DNA from: an uncultured bacterium | Lineage (GTDB): Bacteria > Krumholzibacteriota > Krumholzibacteriia > LZORAL124-64-63 | Length of the DNA stretch: 64,000 nucleotides | Direction: 5' to 3' | Assembly (NCBI GenBank): GCA_963727525.1 | Contig: CAVSGO010000006.1 | Coordinates: 314,182-378,181 of the forward strand | In this document: piece after piece, positions 37,097 to 48,687 of the stretch | Position numbering within the stretch: position 1 is the stretch's first letter | Layout of the letters: the number at the start of each line of letters is the position of its first letter | Translations under genes and position numbers: made by a program | Notes under the pieces: generated by a model | The model's input: only the letters and a program-made list of their open reading frames with translations | Databases searched by the model: none | Told to the model about the DNA's origin: nothing

Positions 37097-38488
37097 TCAG
37101 TCCTTTCGACCCTGCGTGGCGCGCGCCAGGCCGCTCCTGAGGTGGCCGTAGGTGGGCTGGTCGTCGGGTGTGGCGTCGGGTCCGTGCTGGATCTTGTGGT
37201 TCAGCAGGAAGATGAAGAGCGCGAAGAGCAGCGCGTAGACCAGGGTGAAGAGGACGAGCGAGAAGAGGGTCTGCCCTGCCGTCACCACGGGCGACACGGC
37301 GTCGGCCGTGCGCAGCAGTCCGTAGACGATCCAGGGCTGGCGGCCCACCTCGGCCGACATCCAGCCGAGCTGATTGCCAAGCTGCGGCAGCATCACCGAG
37401 AGCACGAAGAGCCACAGCAGCCAGCGATGGCGGAAGAGGGCGCCGCGCCACCAGAGCAGCGTGCCGAGCACACCCAGGCCGATGAGGGCCATGCCCACCA
37501 TGATCATCAGGTGGTAGCTCTGGAAGACGACGTTGATCGGGGGGCGCTCGTCGGCCGCGAAGCTGGTCAGACCCCGGATCGGCGCCTGCGTGTCGCCATG
37601 GATGAGCCAGCTCAACATGCCCGGCAGCTTGATGCCCCACTTCACCGTCTGCGTGGTTTCGTCCACCCAGCCCAGGAGGTAAAGATCGGCCGGGGCCGAA
37701 GCCGGGTAGTGAGCCTCGAATGCCGCCAGCTTGGCCGGTTGCGTCGCCGCGATGCCTTTGCCGCTCTCGTGGCCGGTGAGGAGCTGGGCGAACGAGAAGA
37801 CGAGCAGCAGCACGAGCCCGATGCGTAGCGAGCCGCGGGCGAATTCCTCGTGGCGCTTCTTCAGCAGGTACCACGCGCTCACGCTCAGTACCAGGGTGGC
37901 GCCGGTGAGCACGGCGGCGCTCAGCGTGTGGGTGAGGCGGTCGACCGTGGACGGATTGAAGACCATGGCCCAGAAATCGGTGATCTCGGCGCGCGGGCCG
38001 GTCATCGACTCCACGATGTGGAAGCCCGCCGGCGTCTGCTGCCACGAGTTGGCGATGATGATCCACAGGGCGCTGAAGATGGAGCCCAGGCTCACCATGC
38101 AGGTGGCGAAGAAGTGCATGCGCTTGCCCACGCGATCCCAGCCGAAGACGAGGATGGCCAGGAAGCCGGATTCCAGGAAGAAGGCGAAGATGCCCTCGGC
38201 CGCGAGCGCGCTGCCGAACACGTCGCCCACGAAGCGCGAGTACGTGGCCCAGTTGGTGCCGAACTCGAATTCCATGACGATGCCCGTGGCCACGCCCATG
38301 GCGAAGGTGAGGGCGAAGATCTTGATCCAGAAGCGCGTCATGGTCTCGAAGATCTTGCGGCCGGTCTTCAGGTACAGGCCCTCCATGATCACCAGGGCCA
38401 CGCCCAGACCGATGGACAGGGGCGGGTACAGGTAGTGGAAGCAGATGGTGAAGGCGAACTGGAGGCGCGAGAGGAACACGACGTCCAT
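37097..38488 (-). CDS. cydA: cytochrome bd ubiquinol oxidase subunit I
   Basis: 'SRLQFA...FH', 'GVATGIVMEFEFGTNW', 'QPAKLAAFE', 'EVGRQPW'. Confidence 0.97.
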   Translation of the reverse strand: MDVVFLSRLQFAFTICFHYLYPPLSIGLGVALVIMEGLYLKTGRKIFETMTRFWIKIFALTFAMGVATGIVMEFEFGTNWATYSRFVGDVFGSALAAEGIFAFFLESGFLAILVFGWDRVGKRMHFFATCMVSLGSIFSALWIIIANSWQQTPAGFHIVESMTGPRAEITDFWAMVFNPSTVDRLTHTLSAAVLTGATLVLSVSAWYLLKKRHEEFARGSLRIGLVLLLVFSFAQLLTGHESGKGIAATQPAKLAAFEAHYPASAPADLYLLGWVDETTQTVKWGIKLPGMLSWLIHGDTQAPIRGLTSFAADERPPINVVFQSYHLMIMVGMALIGLGVLGTLLWWRGALFRHRWLLWLFVLSVMLPQLGNQLGWMSAEVGRQPWIVYGLLRTADAVSPVVTAGQTLFSLVLFTLVYALLFALFIFLLNHKIQHGPDATPDDQPTYGHLRSGLARATQGRKD

Positions 38489-38614
38489 GGTGAAAGCCCC
38501 ATCATCCGGTGGGCGTTGACGGTATGCGGATCCGGTACCCGCAAACTAGGCAACCACGCGCCTTTCGCCAGGACAGATATCGGTCCACGGGCGCGATCCG
38601 CGTTTCGCGGTGGC

Positions 38615-39757
38615 TCAGGCGCGGCAGAACTCGGCGATCAACCCGCGCAGGATGGCGAGCATGGGGTCCAGGCGTGCCACGGGCAGGTGTTCATCGGGCT
38701 GATGGGCTGTGGCGATGTCGCCCGGCCCGAGGACGACGACGTCGGCCCCCAGCGACTGCAGATACGGCCCCTCGGTGCAGAATGAAACCGCCTCGGCGGC
38801 GTGGCCCGTGAGGCGCGCGGCGGCCTGAACGATGGGTGCGGTGGCGGGCGTGTCCAGCGGTGGCGTGCCGGGGTCGAGCGGGCGGCACACGATCTCGAGG
38901 CCGAGGCCCGCCACGGCGGCCCGGGCGCGGTCGGCGACCGTGGCGCGCAGCTCGTCCAGATCCTGACCCGGCAAGGGCCGTAGATCGAGGTGCAGCTCAC
39001 AGGCGCTGCAGATGCGGTTGGGATTGTCGCCGCCGTGGATGTGCCCGAGATTCAGCGTCGGTACGGGCACGGCGAAGGCCGGGTCGCGCCAGGTCCGCTG
39101 CAGGTCATCGCGCCAGGCCAGCAGGGCCGAGATGACGGCGTGCATGCCCTCCAGCGCGCTCGCGCCCAGGGCCGGATCGCTGGAGTGGCCGGCGCGGCCG
39201 ACCACGCGGATGGCCTCCATGAGGATGCCCTTGTGAGCCCGCACCGGTCGCAGACCGGTGGGTTCGCCGATGAGGGCATGCCGTGCGCGGGGGCGGCCCA
39301 GGTCCACCAGGGCGCGCGCGCCGTCCATGGTGCTCTCCTCGTCGGCGGTGGCCACCAGGATCAACGGCTCGCGCAGCGAGGCCGGATCGAGTTCGGCGGC
39401 CGCGGCGACGGCCAGGGCGAGGAATCCTTTCATATCAGCCGTACCCAGGCCAATGAAGCGCTCGTCCGTCTCGACCAGGGTGAACGGGTCGTGGGTCCAG
39501 CGGTCCGGGTCGCAGGGCACGGTGTCGGTGTGACCGGCCAGGATCAGGCCGCCGGGACCGCGGCCTAGGGTCGCGACGAGGTTGGCCTTGGTCGGCTGGG
39601 ACGGTAGCGGTAGCACCTCGACGGCGAAGTCGAGGTCGTCGAGCCACTTGGCGAGCAGGTCGATGACCGCGCGGTTGCTGGTGTCGAACGCCGGATTCAC
39701 GCTGCTGACGGACGGCGCCGCGACCAGGGCGGCCAGGATCTCGCGGATCGTGAGCAT
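38615..39757 (-). CDS. argE: acetylornithine deacetylase (M20A family)
   Basis: 'GHTDTVP', 'GTADMKGF', 'TADEE', 'IGEPT', 'GHSSDP', 'FCTEGP', 'AHQPDE'. Confidence 0.9.
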   Translation of the reverse strand: MLTIREILAALVAAPSVSSVNPAFDTSNRAVIDLLAKWLDDLDFAVEVLPLPSQPTKANLVATLGRGPGGLILAGHTDTVPCDPDRWTHDPFTLVETDERFIGLGTADMKGFLALAVAAAAELDPASLREPLILVATADEESTMDGARALVDLGRPRARHALIGEPTGLRPVRAHKGILMEAIRVVGRAGHSSDPALGASALEGMHAVISALLAWRDDLQRTWRDPAFAVPVPTLNLGHIHGGDNPNRICSACELHLDLRPLPGQDLDELRATVADRARAAVAGLGLEIVCRPLDPGTPPLDTPATAPIVQAAARLTGHAAEAVSFCTEGPYLQSLGADVVVLGPGDIATAHQPDEHLPVARLDPMLAILRGLIAEFCRA

Positions 39758-39877
39758 GACGACCTTTCCGGGCTCGGCGAAACGCCGGTCCCGGGGCTAA
39801 TATATCCCATCGCCCGCACGCGACGACAGCGTCCAGTACCTCGGCCCGCGAATCGGCAGGTCTGTCCGGGAGCACCC

Positions 39878-40996
39878 ATGGTCCGCCCCGCGCGACTCGA
39901 AGACATCGACGCCCTCGTGACGATCGAGGAACTGTGCTTCGACACCGACCGCCTGTCCCGGCGCAGCTTCCGCCACATGATCACCCGCGCGCACGCGGCC
40001 ACCCTCGTGGACGAGGATGCCGGTGTGGTGCGGGGCTACGTGGTGGTGCTGTTCCATGCCGGCACGTCGCTGGCGCGGATCTACTCCATCGCCACCCACC
40101 CCGCCCACCGCGGCCTGGGCGTAGCGCGGCGGCTGATGCAAGCGGCCGAGGCGGCGGCCCTGGCGCACGATTGTCTCTATCTGCGACTCGAGGTGCGTAG
40201 CGACAACACGGCGTCGATCGGGCTGTACGAGTCGCTCGGCTACCGGCGCTTCGGCGTGTACGACGACTACTACGAGGACGACACCGACGCCCTGCGCTAC
40301 GAGAAGGCGCTGGGCACCTACCTGCACCCGGACCTGGCCATCGTGCCCTACTACCGGCAGACGCTCGACTTCACCTGCGGGCCGGCCGCCCTGATGATGG
40401 CCATGCGCGCCCTCGACCCGACGCTCGATCTGAACCGGCGCCTGGAGATCCGGCTGTGGCGCGAGTCGACCACCGTGTTCATGACGTCGGGTGTCGGGGG
40501 CTGCGGGCCGTTCGGCCTGGCCCTGGCCGCGCACCGGCGCGGTTTCGCCGTGTCGGCCTTCGTGAACGACGAGGGCGCGCTCTTCGTCGACTCGGTGCGC
40601 AGCGAGGAGAAGAAAGAAGTCATCCGCCTCGTGCACGAGGATTTCCAGGACGAGCTCCAGCGTAGCGGCATTCCGGTGGCCTACCGCCGCGTGACCCACG
40701 ACGAGTTGCAGCAGGTCTTCGCCGACGGCGGCATCCCGGTGGTGCTCATCAGCTCGTACCGCATCTATCACGAGAAGTGGCCGCACTGGGTGGTGATCAC
40801 GGGTTTCGATGACCGTTTCGTTTACGTGCACGATTCCTATGTCGACCAGGAAGACGGTAGAACGCCGACCTATTCCATGAACATGCCCATCCTGCGCAAG
40901 GAGTTCGAGCGCATGGCGGCCTACGGCAAGTCGGGTCTGCGCGCCGCGCTGATCATCCGCAAGCCGTCGGCCCGTGCGCGCCGTCGCAAACCCTGA
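39878..40996 (+). CDS. GNAT (RimI-like) acetyltransferase fused to a C39-like peptidase (DUF3335)
   Basis: GNAT 'HRGLGVARRL', 'LEVRSDN..IGLY'; papain-like 'YYRQTLDFTCGPAAL', 'LWRESTTVFMTSG', 'PHWVV'. Confidence 0.9.
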   Translation: MVRPARLEDIDALVTIEELCFDTDRLSRRSFRHMITRAHAATLVDEDAGVVRGYVVVLFHAGTSLARIYSIATHPAHRGLGVARRLMQAAEAAALAHDCLYLRLEVRSDNTASIGLYESLGYRRFGVYDDYYEDDTDALRYEKALGTYLHPDLAIVPYYRQTLDFTCGPAALMMAMRALDPTLDLNRRLEIRLWRESTTVFMTSGVGGCGPFGLALAAHRRGFAVSAFVNDEGALFVDSVRSEEKKEVIRLVHEDFQDELQRSGIPVAYRRVTHDELQQVFADGGIPVVLISSYRIYHEKWPHWVVITGFDDRFVYVHDSYVDQEDGRTPTYSMNMPILRKEFERMAAYGKSGLRAALIIRKPSARARRRKP

Positions 40997-41019
40997 CCTG
41001 CCGGGAGGCGAGTAGGCTC

Positions 41020-42504
41020 ATGGCCAAGCAGATCATCGTCGTCGAGGACATTGCCGACTGGACATTTCCCGAGCTCGACTACCCGGTCGTGCACGCCGAC
41101 GACTACCTCACCGGTGGCGACTACTTCAACGCGCGCACCACGAAGGTGATCAACCTTTGCCGCAGTACGAAGTACTTCAGCGTGGGTTATTACTGCTCCT
41201 TGCTGGCGGAGGCGCGCGGCCACCGCGTGATCCCCTCGGTGAAGAGCATGCTCGACCTCTCGAGCAAGGCGATGTACGGGCTCGATGTGAGTGATCTCGA
41301 CGACGCGGTGCAGAAGGTCTTCAAGAAGTACCGCAAGGACAGCTTCGAGACCGTCTTCGAGATGGACGTGTACTTCGGCAAGTGCCGCTTCGAGGCCATG
41401 GCCGATCTGGCGCGGCAGATCTTCGAGACGTTCCCTTGCCCGCTGTTGCGCGCGAATTTCCGGCGCGAAGGCAAGCGCTGGCACATCGAGAGCCTCAGGG
41501 CGCTCTCGTTGCACAAGCTCGACAGCGAGAACCACGCGTTCTTCGCCGAGAATCTCGCCGGCTATCTGCAGAAGCGATGGCGGGCGCCGCGCACGCCGAG
41601 CCAGTCGCTCTACGACATCGCCATCCTCTACAACGCCGACGATCCGCTGCCGCCCTCGGACGAGAAGGCGATCCAGAAGTTCATCCGGGTCGCCAAGTCG
41701 ATGGATCTCTACGTCGACGTGATCGACAAGAAGGACTACTCGCGTCTGGCCGAGTACGACGCGCTCTTCATCCGCGCCACCACCGCCATCAACCACTTCA
41801 CCTACCGGTTCTCGAAGAAGGCCGAGAGCGAGGGCATGGTGGTGATCGACGATCCGCAGTCGATCCTGCGCTGCACCAACAAGGTGTACCTGGCCGAGCT
41901 GCTGCGCGCCCACAAGGTGCCCGCGCCCCAGACGGTGATCGCCGGCAAGAATGATCTCAAGGCGATGGAGGAGATCATCGGCTACCCCATGGTGCTCAAG
42001 GTGCCCGACGGCTCGTTCTCCCGCGGCGTGGTGAAGGCCGAGAACCCGCAGGAGATGCGCACGGCCGCCGAGACCCTTCTCAAGAGCTCGGAGCTGATCC
42101 TGGCGCAGGCGTTTCTCTACACCGAGTTCGACTGGCGCATCGGCATTCTCGATCGCAAGCCCCTCTTCGCCTGCCAGTACTTCATGTCGGCCAAGCACTG
42201 GCAGATCGTGCACCATGCCGCCGACGGCAGCTTCGAGGAGGGGCGCTGGAAGACCTTGCCCGTGGAGAAGGCCCCACGCGAGGTCGTGGACATCGCGCTG
42301 AAGGCGGCCAATCTCATCGGCGACGGCCTCTACGGCGTGGACGTGAAGCAGGGCAAGGACGGCGTTTACGTGATCGAGGTGAACGACAACCCGAACATCG
42401 ACGCCGGCGTGGAGGATCAGGTCCTGAAGGACGACCTCTACCGCCAGGTGCTCGCCGAGTTCGTGCGGCGGCTCAATGCGCGCATTCCTGGGCGCGCCGA
42501 TTGA
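41020..42504 (+). CDS. RimK-family ATP-grasp ligase with N-terminal RLAN domain
   Basis: 'VINLCRS..Y.S.GYYCSLLAEARGH.VIP'; ATP-grasp 'RCTNKVY', 'VLKVPDGSFSRGV', 'YGVD', 'IEVNDNPNID'. Confidence 0.93.
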   Translation: MAKQIIVVEDIADWTFPELDYPVVHADDYLTGGDYFNARTTKVINLCRSTKYFSVGYYCSLLAEARGHRVIPSVKSMLDLSSKAMYGLDVSDLDDAVQKVFKKYRKDSFETVFEMDVYFGKCRFEAMADLARQIFETFPCPLLRANFRREGKRWHIESLRALSLHKLDSENHAFFAENLAGYLQKRWRAPRTPSQSLYDIAILYNADDPLPPSDEKAIQKFIRVAKSMDLYVDVIDKKDYSRLAEYDALFIRATTAINHFTYRFSKKAESEGMVVIDDPQSILRCTNKVYLAELLRAHKVPAPQTVIAGKNDLKAMEEIIGYPMVLKVPDGSFSRGVVKAENPQEMRTAAETLLKSSELILAQAFLYTEFDWRIGILDRKPLFACQYFMSAKHWQIVHHAADGSFEEGRWKTLPVEKAPREVVDIALKAANLIGDGLYGVDVKQGKDGVYVIEVNDNPNIDAGVEDQVLKDDLYRQVLAEFVRRLNARIPGRAD

Positions 42505-42576
42505 CCGCGTGCGACGCGCCATATAGTCTGGTCGCGACTCCGGAAGGTACCGGGGTGTCACCAGGTAGGCGATACC

Positions 42577-44604
42577 GTGTTTCTGCGAATCTTCACCGCC
42601 CTGCTCTTGCTGACTGCCACCCTGCCGCGAACCGCGCCTGCTGCCGACGCCGACGCCGACAGCATCTGGGCCGTGCTCGAGCCCATCGAGGTGATCGGCA
42701 CCACGGCCACCAGCACGGTTGATCCCACCGCCGTCACCCTCGACGCCATCGCCCTGGCCGCGCGCGACGTGCGCACGGCCGCCGATCTCGCGCCCACCTT
42801 GCCGGCCACGCGCATCGTGCTGAACTCGCGCGGCGAGCGTCAGTTCATGGTGCGTGGGGCCTCCGAGCGTCACCTGCGGCTGTGGCTCGACGGCATCCCG
42901 CTCACCTTGCCCTGGGACGAGCGTGCCGACGCGTCGCTGGTACCGCTGGATGCGATCGGCGAGGTGCGTGGCGTGCGGGGCGTGGGTAGCGTGCTCGAGG
43001 GGCCGAACGCCCTGGCGGGCACGATCGAGCTACGGCCGCTTTCACTCGGCCAGGACGGCCAGCGCACCCGCGTCGGCGGCCAGCTCGGCGAGGTGGCGAT
43101 GCGCGACGTCCGTCTGCTGCATCAGCGCCGGCAAGGGGCATGGGAGGTGCTGGCGGCGGGATCATGGCGCCGGCAAGACGGCTACCCGGTACCGGGCGAC
43201 TACACCGCGCCGTCGAACCAGAGCCCATCGCGCACCCGCCTGAACAGCGATGCCGAGGAGGCGGCTCTGCTCGTGCGCGTGCAGCACCACGGCGCCGACG
43301 GCGCCACCTGGCATGTCACGCTGCTGGGCACCGACGCCGAGAAGGGTGTGCCACCGGAGACCCACCTCGGCGGCGACGCGCGTTTCTGGCGCTATCCCGC
43401 GCTGCAGCGCGGTGTGGTGGGGGCCGGCCTGCACACACCGCTCGGCGACGATGGGCGGTGGCGCCTGGCCCTCGACGGCTCGGTAGACCTCTTCCACGGC
43501 GAGATCCGCGACTATGCGGATTCCACCTACACGACGCCGCTGCTCCTACCGGGCGTCGACCACGAGATCGACGACGACCGCACCGGGTTCCTGCGGGGGC
43601 GGGTGACGCGCGAGCTGAGCGACCGGCATGCCCTCAGCGTGCAGGCGTCGTCTCGATACACCCGTCACCGGGAGTCGCTCGTGATCAACGGACCGCGCCT
43701 CGACTACGCGCAGGTCCTCAGTGAGGTCGCCGCCGAGGCCTCGCTGCGCCCCTGGTCCGGCTGGCACGTGCAACTCGGCGCCGGCTACGACCTGGCGACC
43801 ACCCCCGAGTCGGGCGACAAGCCCGCCCGCGACGCCACCGGCGCCGCGGCCGTGTTCGCGCGCTGCGAGTGCGAGCTGGCCCGCGGGGTCCATGCCCATG
43901 CGTCGTACGCGCGGCGCAGCCGCTTCCCGGCCTTGCGCGAGCTGTACTCCGGCGCCCTCGGCCGCTTCATCCCCAACCCCGAACTGGCCCCCGAGGTGCA
44001 GGATCTGTGGGACGTCGGCGTGGTCACGCGTCGCGGCGCCGGCGAGCTGAGCCTGACGGGCTTCGCCAGCTTCCTCGACGGCGGCATCGAACGCGTGGGT
44101 CTCGGAGACGGCACCAATCGCTTTCGCCGCGTGAACCTCGACGAGATCCGCACGCTCGGCGTGGAGCTGGTGGGCGCGTGGCGGCCGCACCGGCAGTGGG
44201 AGCTGGGGGCTCACCATGCCATTCTCGACGCGCGGCGGCGGGTCGACGGCGCCTACGTCCCGGGCGTGGAGGATCGGCCGAATTTCCTCTCCTACGCCAC
44301 AGTCGACTGGAAGGGCCCGGCCGCCATGCGCGTGACGCTCACGACCGCCCTGCTGGGGCCGCGCCAGTCGGCCGATCCCGCGGATACGCAGGACGGGTTG
44401 CGCCGCCTGCCCACGCAGGGCACGCTGGGGGTACGGGTGGCGCGCGCGTTTTCCGGAGGTGGGTTGTTCACGCGTGGCGAGGTGCATCTGCGCGTGGACA
44501 ACCTCCTCGACGCCGAGGTCGACGCGCAGATGGGATTGCCGCTGGCAGGCCGCACGGTATCGGGCGGATTCACCGCCTGGTTCGACGCCTGGCCGGCGCC
44601 CTGA
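42577..44604 (+). CDS. TonB-dependent receptor
   Basis: Signal peptide; plug 'VRG...LDGIP', 'G..SVL.GPNALAGTI'; 'NPELAPE'; 'VDNLLD...GR'. Confidence 0.88.
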   Translation: MFLRIFTALLLLTATLPRTAPAADADADSIWAVLEPIEVIGTTATSTVDPTAVTLDAIALAARDVRTAADLAPTLPATRIVLNSRGERQFMVRGASERHLRLWLDGIPLTLPWDERADASLVPLDAIGEVRGVRGVGSVLEGPNALAGTIELRPLSLGQDGQRTRVGGQLGEVAMRDVRLLHQRRQGAWEVLAAGSWRRQDGYPVPGDYTAPSNQSPSRTRLNSDAEEAALLVRVQHHGADGATWHVTLLGTDAEKGVPPETHLGGDARFWRYPALQRGVVGAGLHTPLGDDGRWRLALDGSVDLFHGEIRDYADSTYTTPLLLPGVDHEIDDDRTGFLRGRVTRELSDRHALSVQASSRYTRHRESLVINGPRLDYAQVLSEVAAEASLRPWSGWHVQLGAGYDLATTPESGDKPARDATGAAAVFARCECELARGVHAHASYARRSRFPALRELYSGALGRFIPNPELAPEVQDLWDVGVVTRRGAGELSLTGFASFLDGGIERVGLGDGTNRFRRVNLDEIRTLGVELVGAWRPHRQWELGAHHAILDARRRVDGAYVPGVEDRPNFLSYATVDWKGPAAMRVTLTTALLGPRQSADPADTQDGLRRLPTQGTLGVRVARAFSGGGLFTRGEVHLRVDNLLDAEVDAQMGLPLAGRTVSGGFTAWFDAWPAP

Positions 44605-44621
44605 CGAACCGTCGATTCCGT

Positions 44622-46013
<1,392 letters not shown>

Positions 46014-46109
46014 CGCTGCTCCTTGCATCCACGCGGCCGCCGCTCCATGCGGCGGTCGGGCCCCAGGATATCACGGAATCGCCGTGGCGCCACGACGGGG
46101 CCGCACGGG

Positions 46110-47414
46110 TCAGCCCATCCGCCGTCGCAAGGCCAGCGAGCTGCCTGCCGCGGCGAGGAAGAGAACCGTGGCTGCCAGGAAAACGTCGCGATAGCCCAGC
46201 AGCCGCAGGACCGTGAATCCGACCAGCGGCCCCACGAAGCCGCGGAAGCCGACCATGGCCACGTGAATGCCCTGGTAGTATCCACCCTCGCCCGCGGGCG
46301 CGAAGGCGATCGATCCCACGTTCCACGTCACGTTGATCCCCGCCATGCCCACCGAGTACACGGCGAACGCCAGGTAGGCTGCGCCAGTCGGCGAGAGTCC
46401 GGCCAGGTGCGGGCCGAACGCCAGGGTGAGGGGATAGAGCGCGATCGCGCCGAAGGCCATGGCGCAGAGGCGCACCGGCTGCAGCCGGTCCATCAGGCGA
46501 CCAGCCAGCGGACCCAGGAAGGCGACGCCGAGCGACGCGATGAGTACCCGCGCGCTGGCGATCTGCTGGTAGCCCAGCTTCAACTCGTCGCTGAAGTACA
46601 GGGGCACCACCGGGCCGAGCATCATGAACGCCACGCCGTAGATCATGAAGTTGGCCTCGAACCAGAGGAAGCGCCGGTCGCGGCGGTACGTGGCCACGGC
46701 CTCGCGCAGCGGCGTGACGAGTGCCGGGCCCAGCCGGCGCCATTGCACGTTTCCGAGCGGCAGCCGCGGCACCACGAAGACGCGGCTGGGATCGTAGGCC
46801 GCATCCCCCGCCGGCCGCGGCACCCGCGACAGTACCAGCGGGTAGCCGAAGCCCAGGACGCCGAGCATGGGATAGACCCAGCGGAAGTAGTCGGGCCCCC
46901 GGCCGAGCACGGCGCCGACCGCGAGGCTCACCAGCGCCGCCGTGAGGTACTGCACCAGCGCCCCGCGCCCGAAGACCGTGCCGCGTCGCTCGGGCGCGAT
47001 ATTGGCCTGCAGGATGCCGTTCTGTGCCGGGTAGACGATCGCGGAGAAGAAATACACCACCGCGAGCAACCACGCGAACTGCCCCGCGGTGTGCACGGCC
47101 AGCGCCAGCACCAGCACGGCGCGCCCGCCCAGACCGCCCCACACCAGCCACCGCCGCCTCCCGCCGCTCACCATGAGCTGGCCCCAGTAGAGGGCCAGCA
47201 GCATACCGGTGGTCTCCATCATCACGACCAACGTCACCAGCCAACCCGGCGCGGACAGCGACTTCGCCAGCACGAAGGGGAACAGCCACTGACCTGTGGT
47301 CCAGATGCCCTGGAACACCATGCCGAGGAGGTACAGCCGGATGGTCCGGCGCTCCAGATCGCCGCGCTCGATATCGCTGCGCCCGTGGTCGGTGTTCTCG
47401 TCGTCTGTATTCAT
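46110..47414 (-). CDS. MFS transporter
   Basis: About 12 TM segments; 'GRLMDRL', 'ERRGTVFG'. Confidence 0.85.
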   Translation of the reverse strand: MNTDDENTDHGRSDIERGDLERRTIRLYLLGMVFQGIWTTGQWLFPFVLAKSLSAPGWLVTLVVMMETTGMLLALYWGQLMVSGGRRRWLVWGGLGGRAVLVLALAVHTAGQFAWLLAVVYFFSAIVYPAQNGILQANIAPERRGTVFGRGALVQYLTAALVSLAVGAVLGRGPDYFRWVYPMLGVLGFGYPLVLSRVPRPAGDAAYDPSRVFVVPRLPLGNVQWRRLGPALVTPLREAVATYRRDRRFLWFEANFMIYGVAFMMLGPVVPLYFSDELKLGYQQIASARVLIASLGVAFLGPLAGRLMDRLQPVRLCAMAFGAIALYPLTLAFGPHLAGLSPTGAAYLAFAVYSVGMAGINVTWNVGSIAFAPAGEGGYYQGIHVAMVGFRGFVGPLVGFTVLRLLGYRDVFLAATVLFLAAAGSSLALRRRMG

Positions 47415-47578
47415 GGCGCGAATGATCGTGCGTGGGGGGCGGATTGGCCAGGACGGTCGCCTGGCCAGGACGGTCGATGCCCCGCGGCGGCGAGCCCGAT
47501 TGACACAGGGCCCCGTGTCCGTCACAATCCCGGCGGTCATGTCTCTCACCTCGCGCCTCGCACGCAGGAGGAATCGCC

Positions 47579-48631
47579 ATGCTCGCCCGCATCGCGCTCG
47601 TGACCCTGATCCTCGCGAACTTCAGCACCGCCGCCTCTGCCGGGACCCTTCTCGTTGGCCTCGAGGGGACCAGCCAGCCGATCCGCACCTCCGACCTGGC
47701 CGGCTTTCCCGACGTGGCCTGGACGAACGGTATCGCCTTCGATGTCAGCGGCGCCGCCGCCACGCCCAGCGGCGAGGTCTACCTTTGCCAGGGCGCCTTC
47801 ACCACGCAGATCTACGAGACGGATACCGGCGGCCATCCGCCCACGTTCCTGTGCACGAGCAGCGTCGACCTTAGCGGCCTGGCCTTCGGTCGCGGTACGC
47901 TGTACGGCTACTCGAACTATGCCGACCCCAAGGGCATCTACGCGATCGACACCAGCACAGGTCAGGCGACACTGGTCGTGGACGTGTACACGGGTACGGG
48001 CTATCGCTTCTTCGCGCTGGACTACAATCCCGTCGACGACCTGCTCTACGGCTACACGGAGTACGGCGTGTCCGGCCTCTACTCGATCGATCTGGATACC
48101 GGCGCGATGGCCCATGTCGCGGATCCGTTCCCGGCCACCAATACCCAGGGTCGGGCGCTCGCCGTGGGCAACAACACCGTGTACGTGCTGGCGACGCGCG
48201 GTGACGACGACATTCCTGGCTTCGCGTACGATCTGAGTCAGGGCGCGGGCGGTTCGTGGGTGGCCTTCACGAACCCCTATCCCACCGAGCACGCGACCGG
48301 CGGTGCCGCGTTCATTGCCGATGGTCTGACGGGGATCACCCCGTCGCGAGCCGAGTCCGGGCACCTCGTTGCGAGTCCCAACCCGTTCAATCCGACAACG
48401 GTCGTGCGCTACGAGCTCACCGTCGCCGCAGCTATCGAGCTCGGCGTGTACGACCTCGCCGGGCGCCTCGTGCGCACGCTGCGACAAGGCACACTGGAGC
48501 AGCCCGGGGCCCACGCCGTCACCTGGGATGGACGCGACGGGAGCGGGCGGAACGTCCCCTCGGGAACCTACGTCTGCCGCCTGTGGGCCGCAGACGTGGC
48601 GGAGTCGATTCGCGTGTCGCTCGTGCGCTGA
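47579..48631 (+). CDS. secreted small beta-propeller protein with FlgD-Ig/T9SS-like C-terminus
   Basis: Signal peptide; 'IYAID..TG', 'LYSID..TG' blades; 'SPNPFNPTT...YDLAGRLVRTL...WDGRD'. Confidence 0.88.
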   Translation: MLARIALVTLILANFSTAASAGTLLVGLEGTSQPIRTSDLAGFPDVAWTNGIAFDVSGAAATPSGEVYLCQGAFTTQIYETDTGGHPPTFLCTSSVDLSGLAFGRGTLYGYSNYADPKGIYAIDTSTGQATLVVDVYTGTGYRFFALDYNPVDDLLYGYTEYGVSGLYSIDLDTGAMAHVADPFPATNTQGRALAVGNNTVYVLATRGDDDIPGFAYDLSQGAGGSWVAFTNPYPTEHATGGAAFIADGLTGITPSRAESGHLVASPNPFNPTTVVRYELTVAAAIELGVYDLAGRLVRTLRQGTLEQPGAHAVTWDGRDGSGRNVPSGTYVCRLWAADVAESIRVSLVR

Positions 48632-48687
48632 GCGTGGTGCCGGAACCGGCGTGGCCACTATCGTGGCGGCAACCATGACGCACCCCC

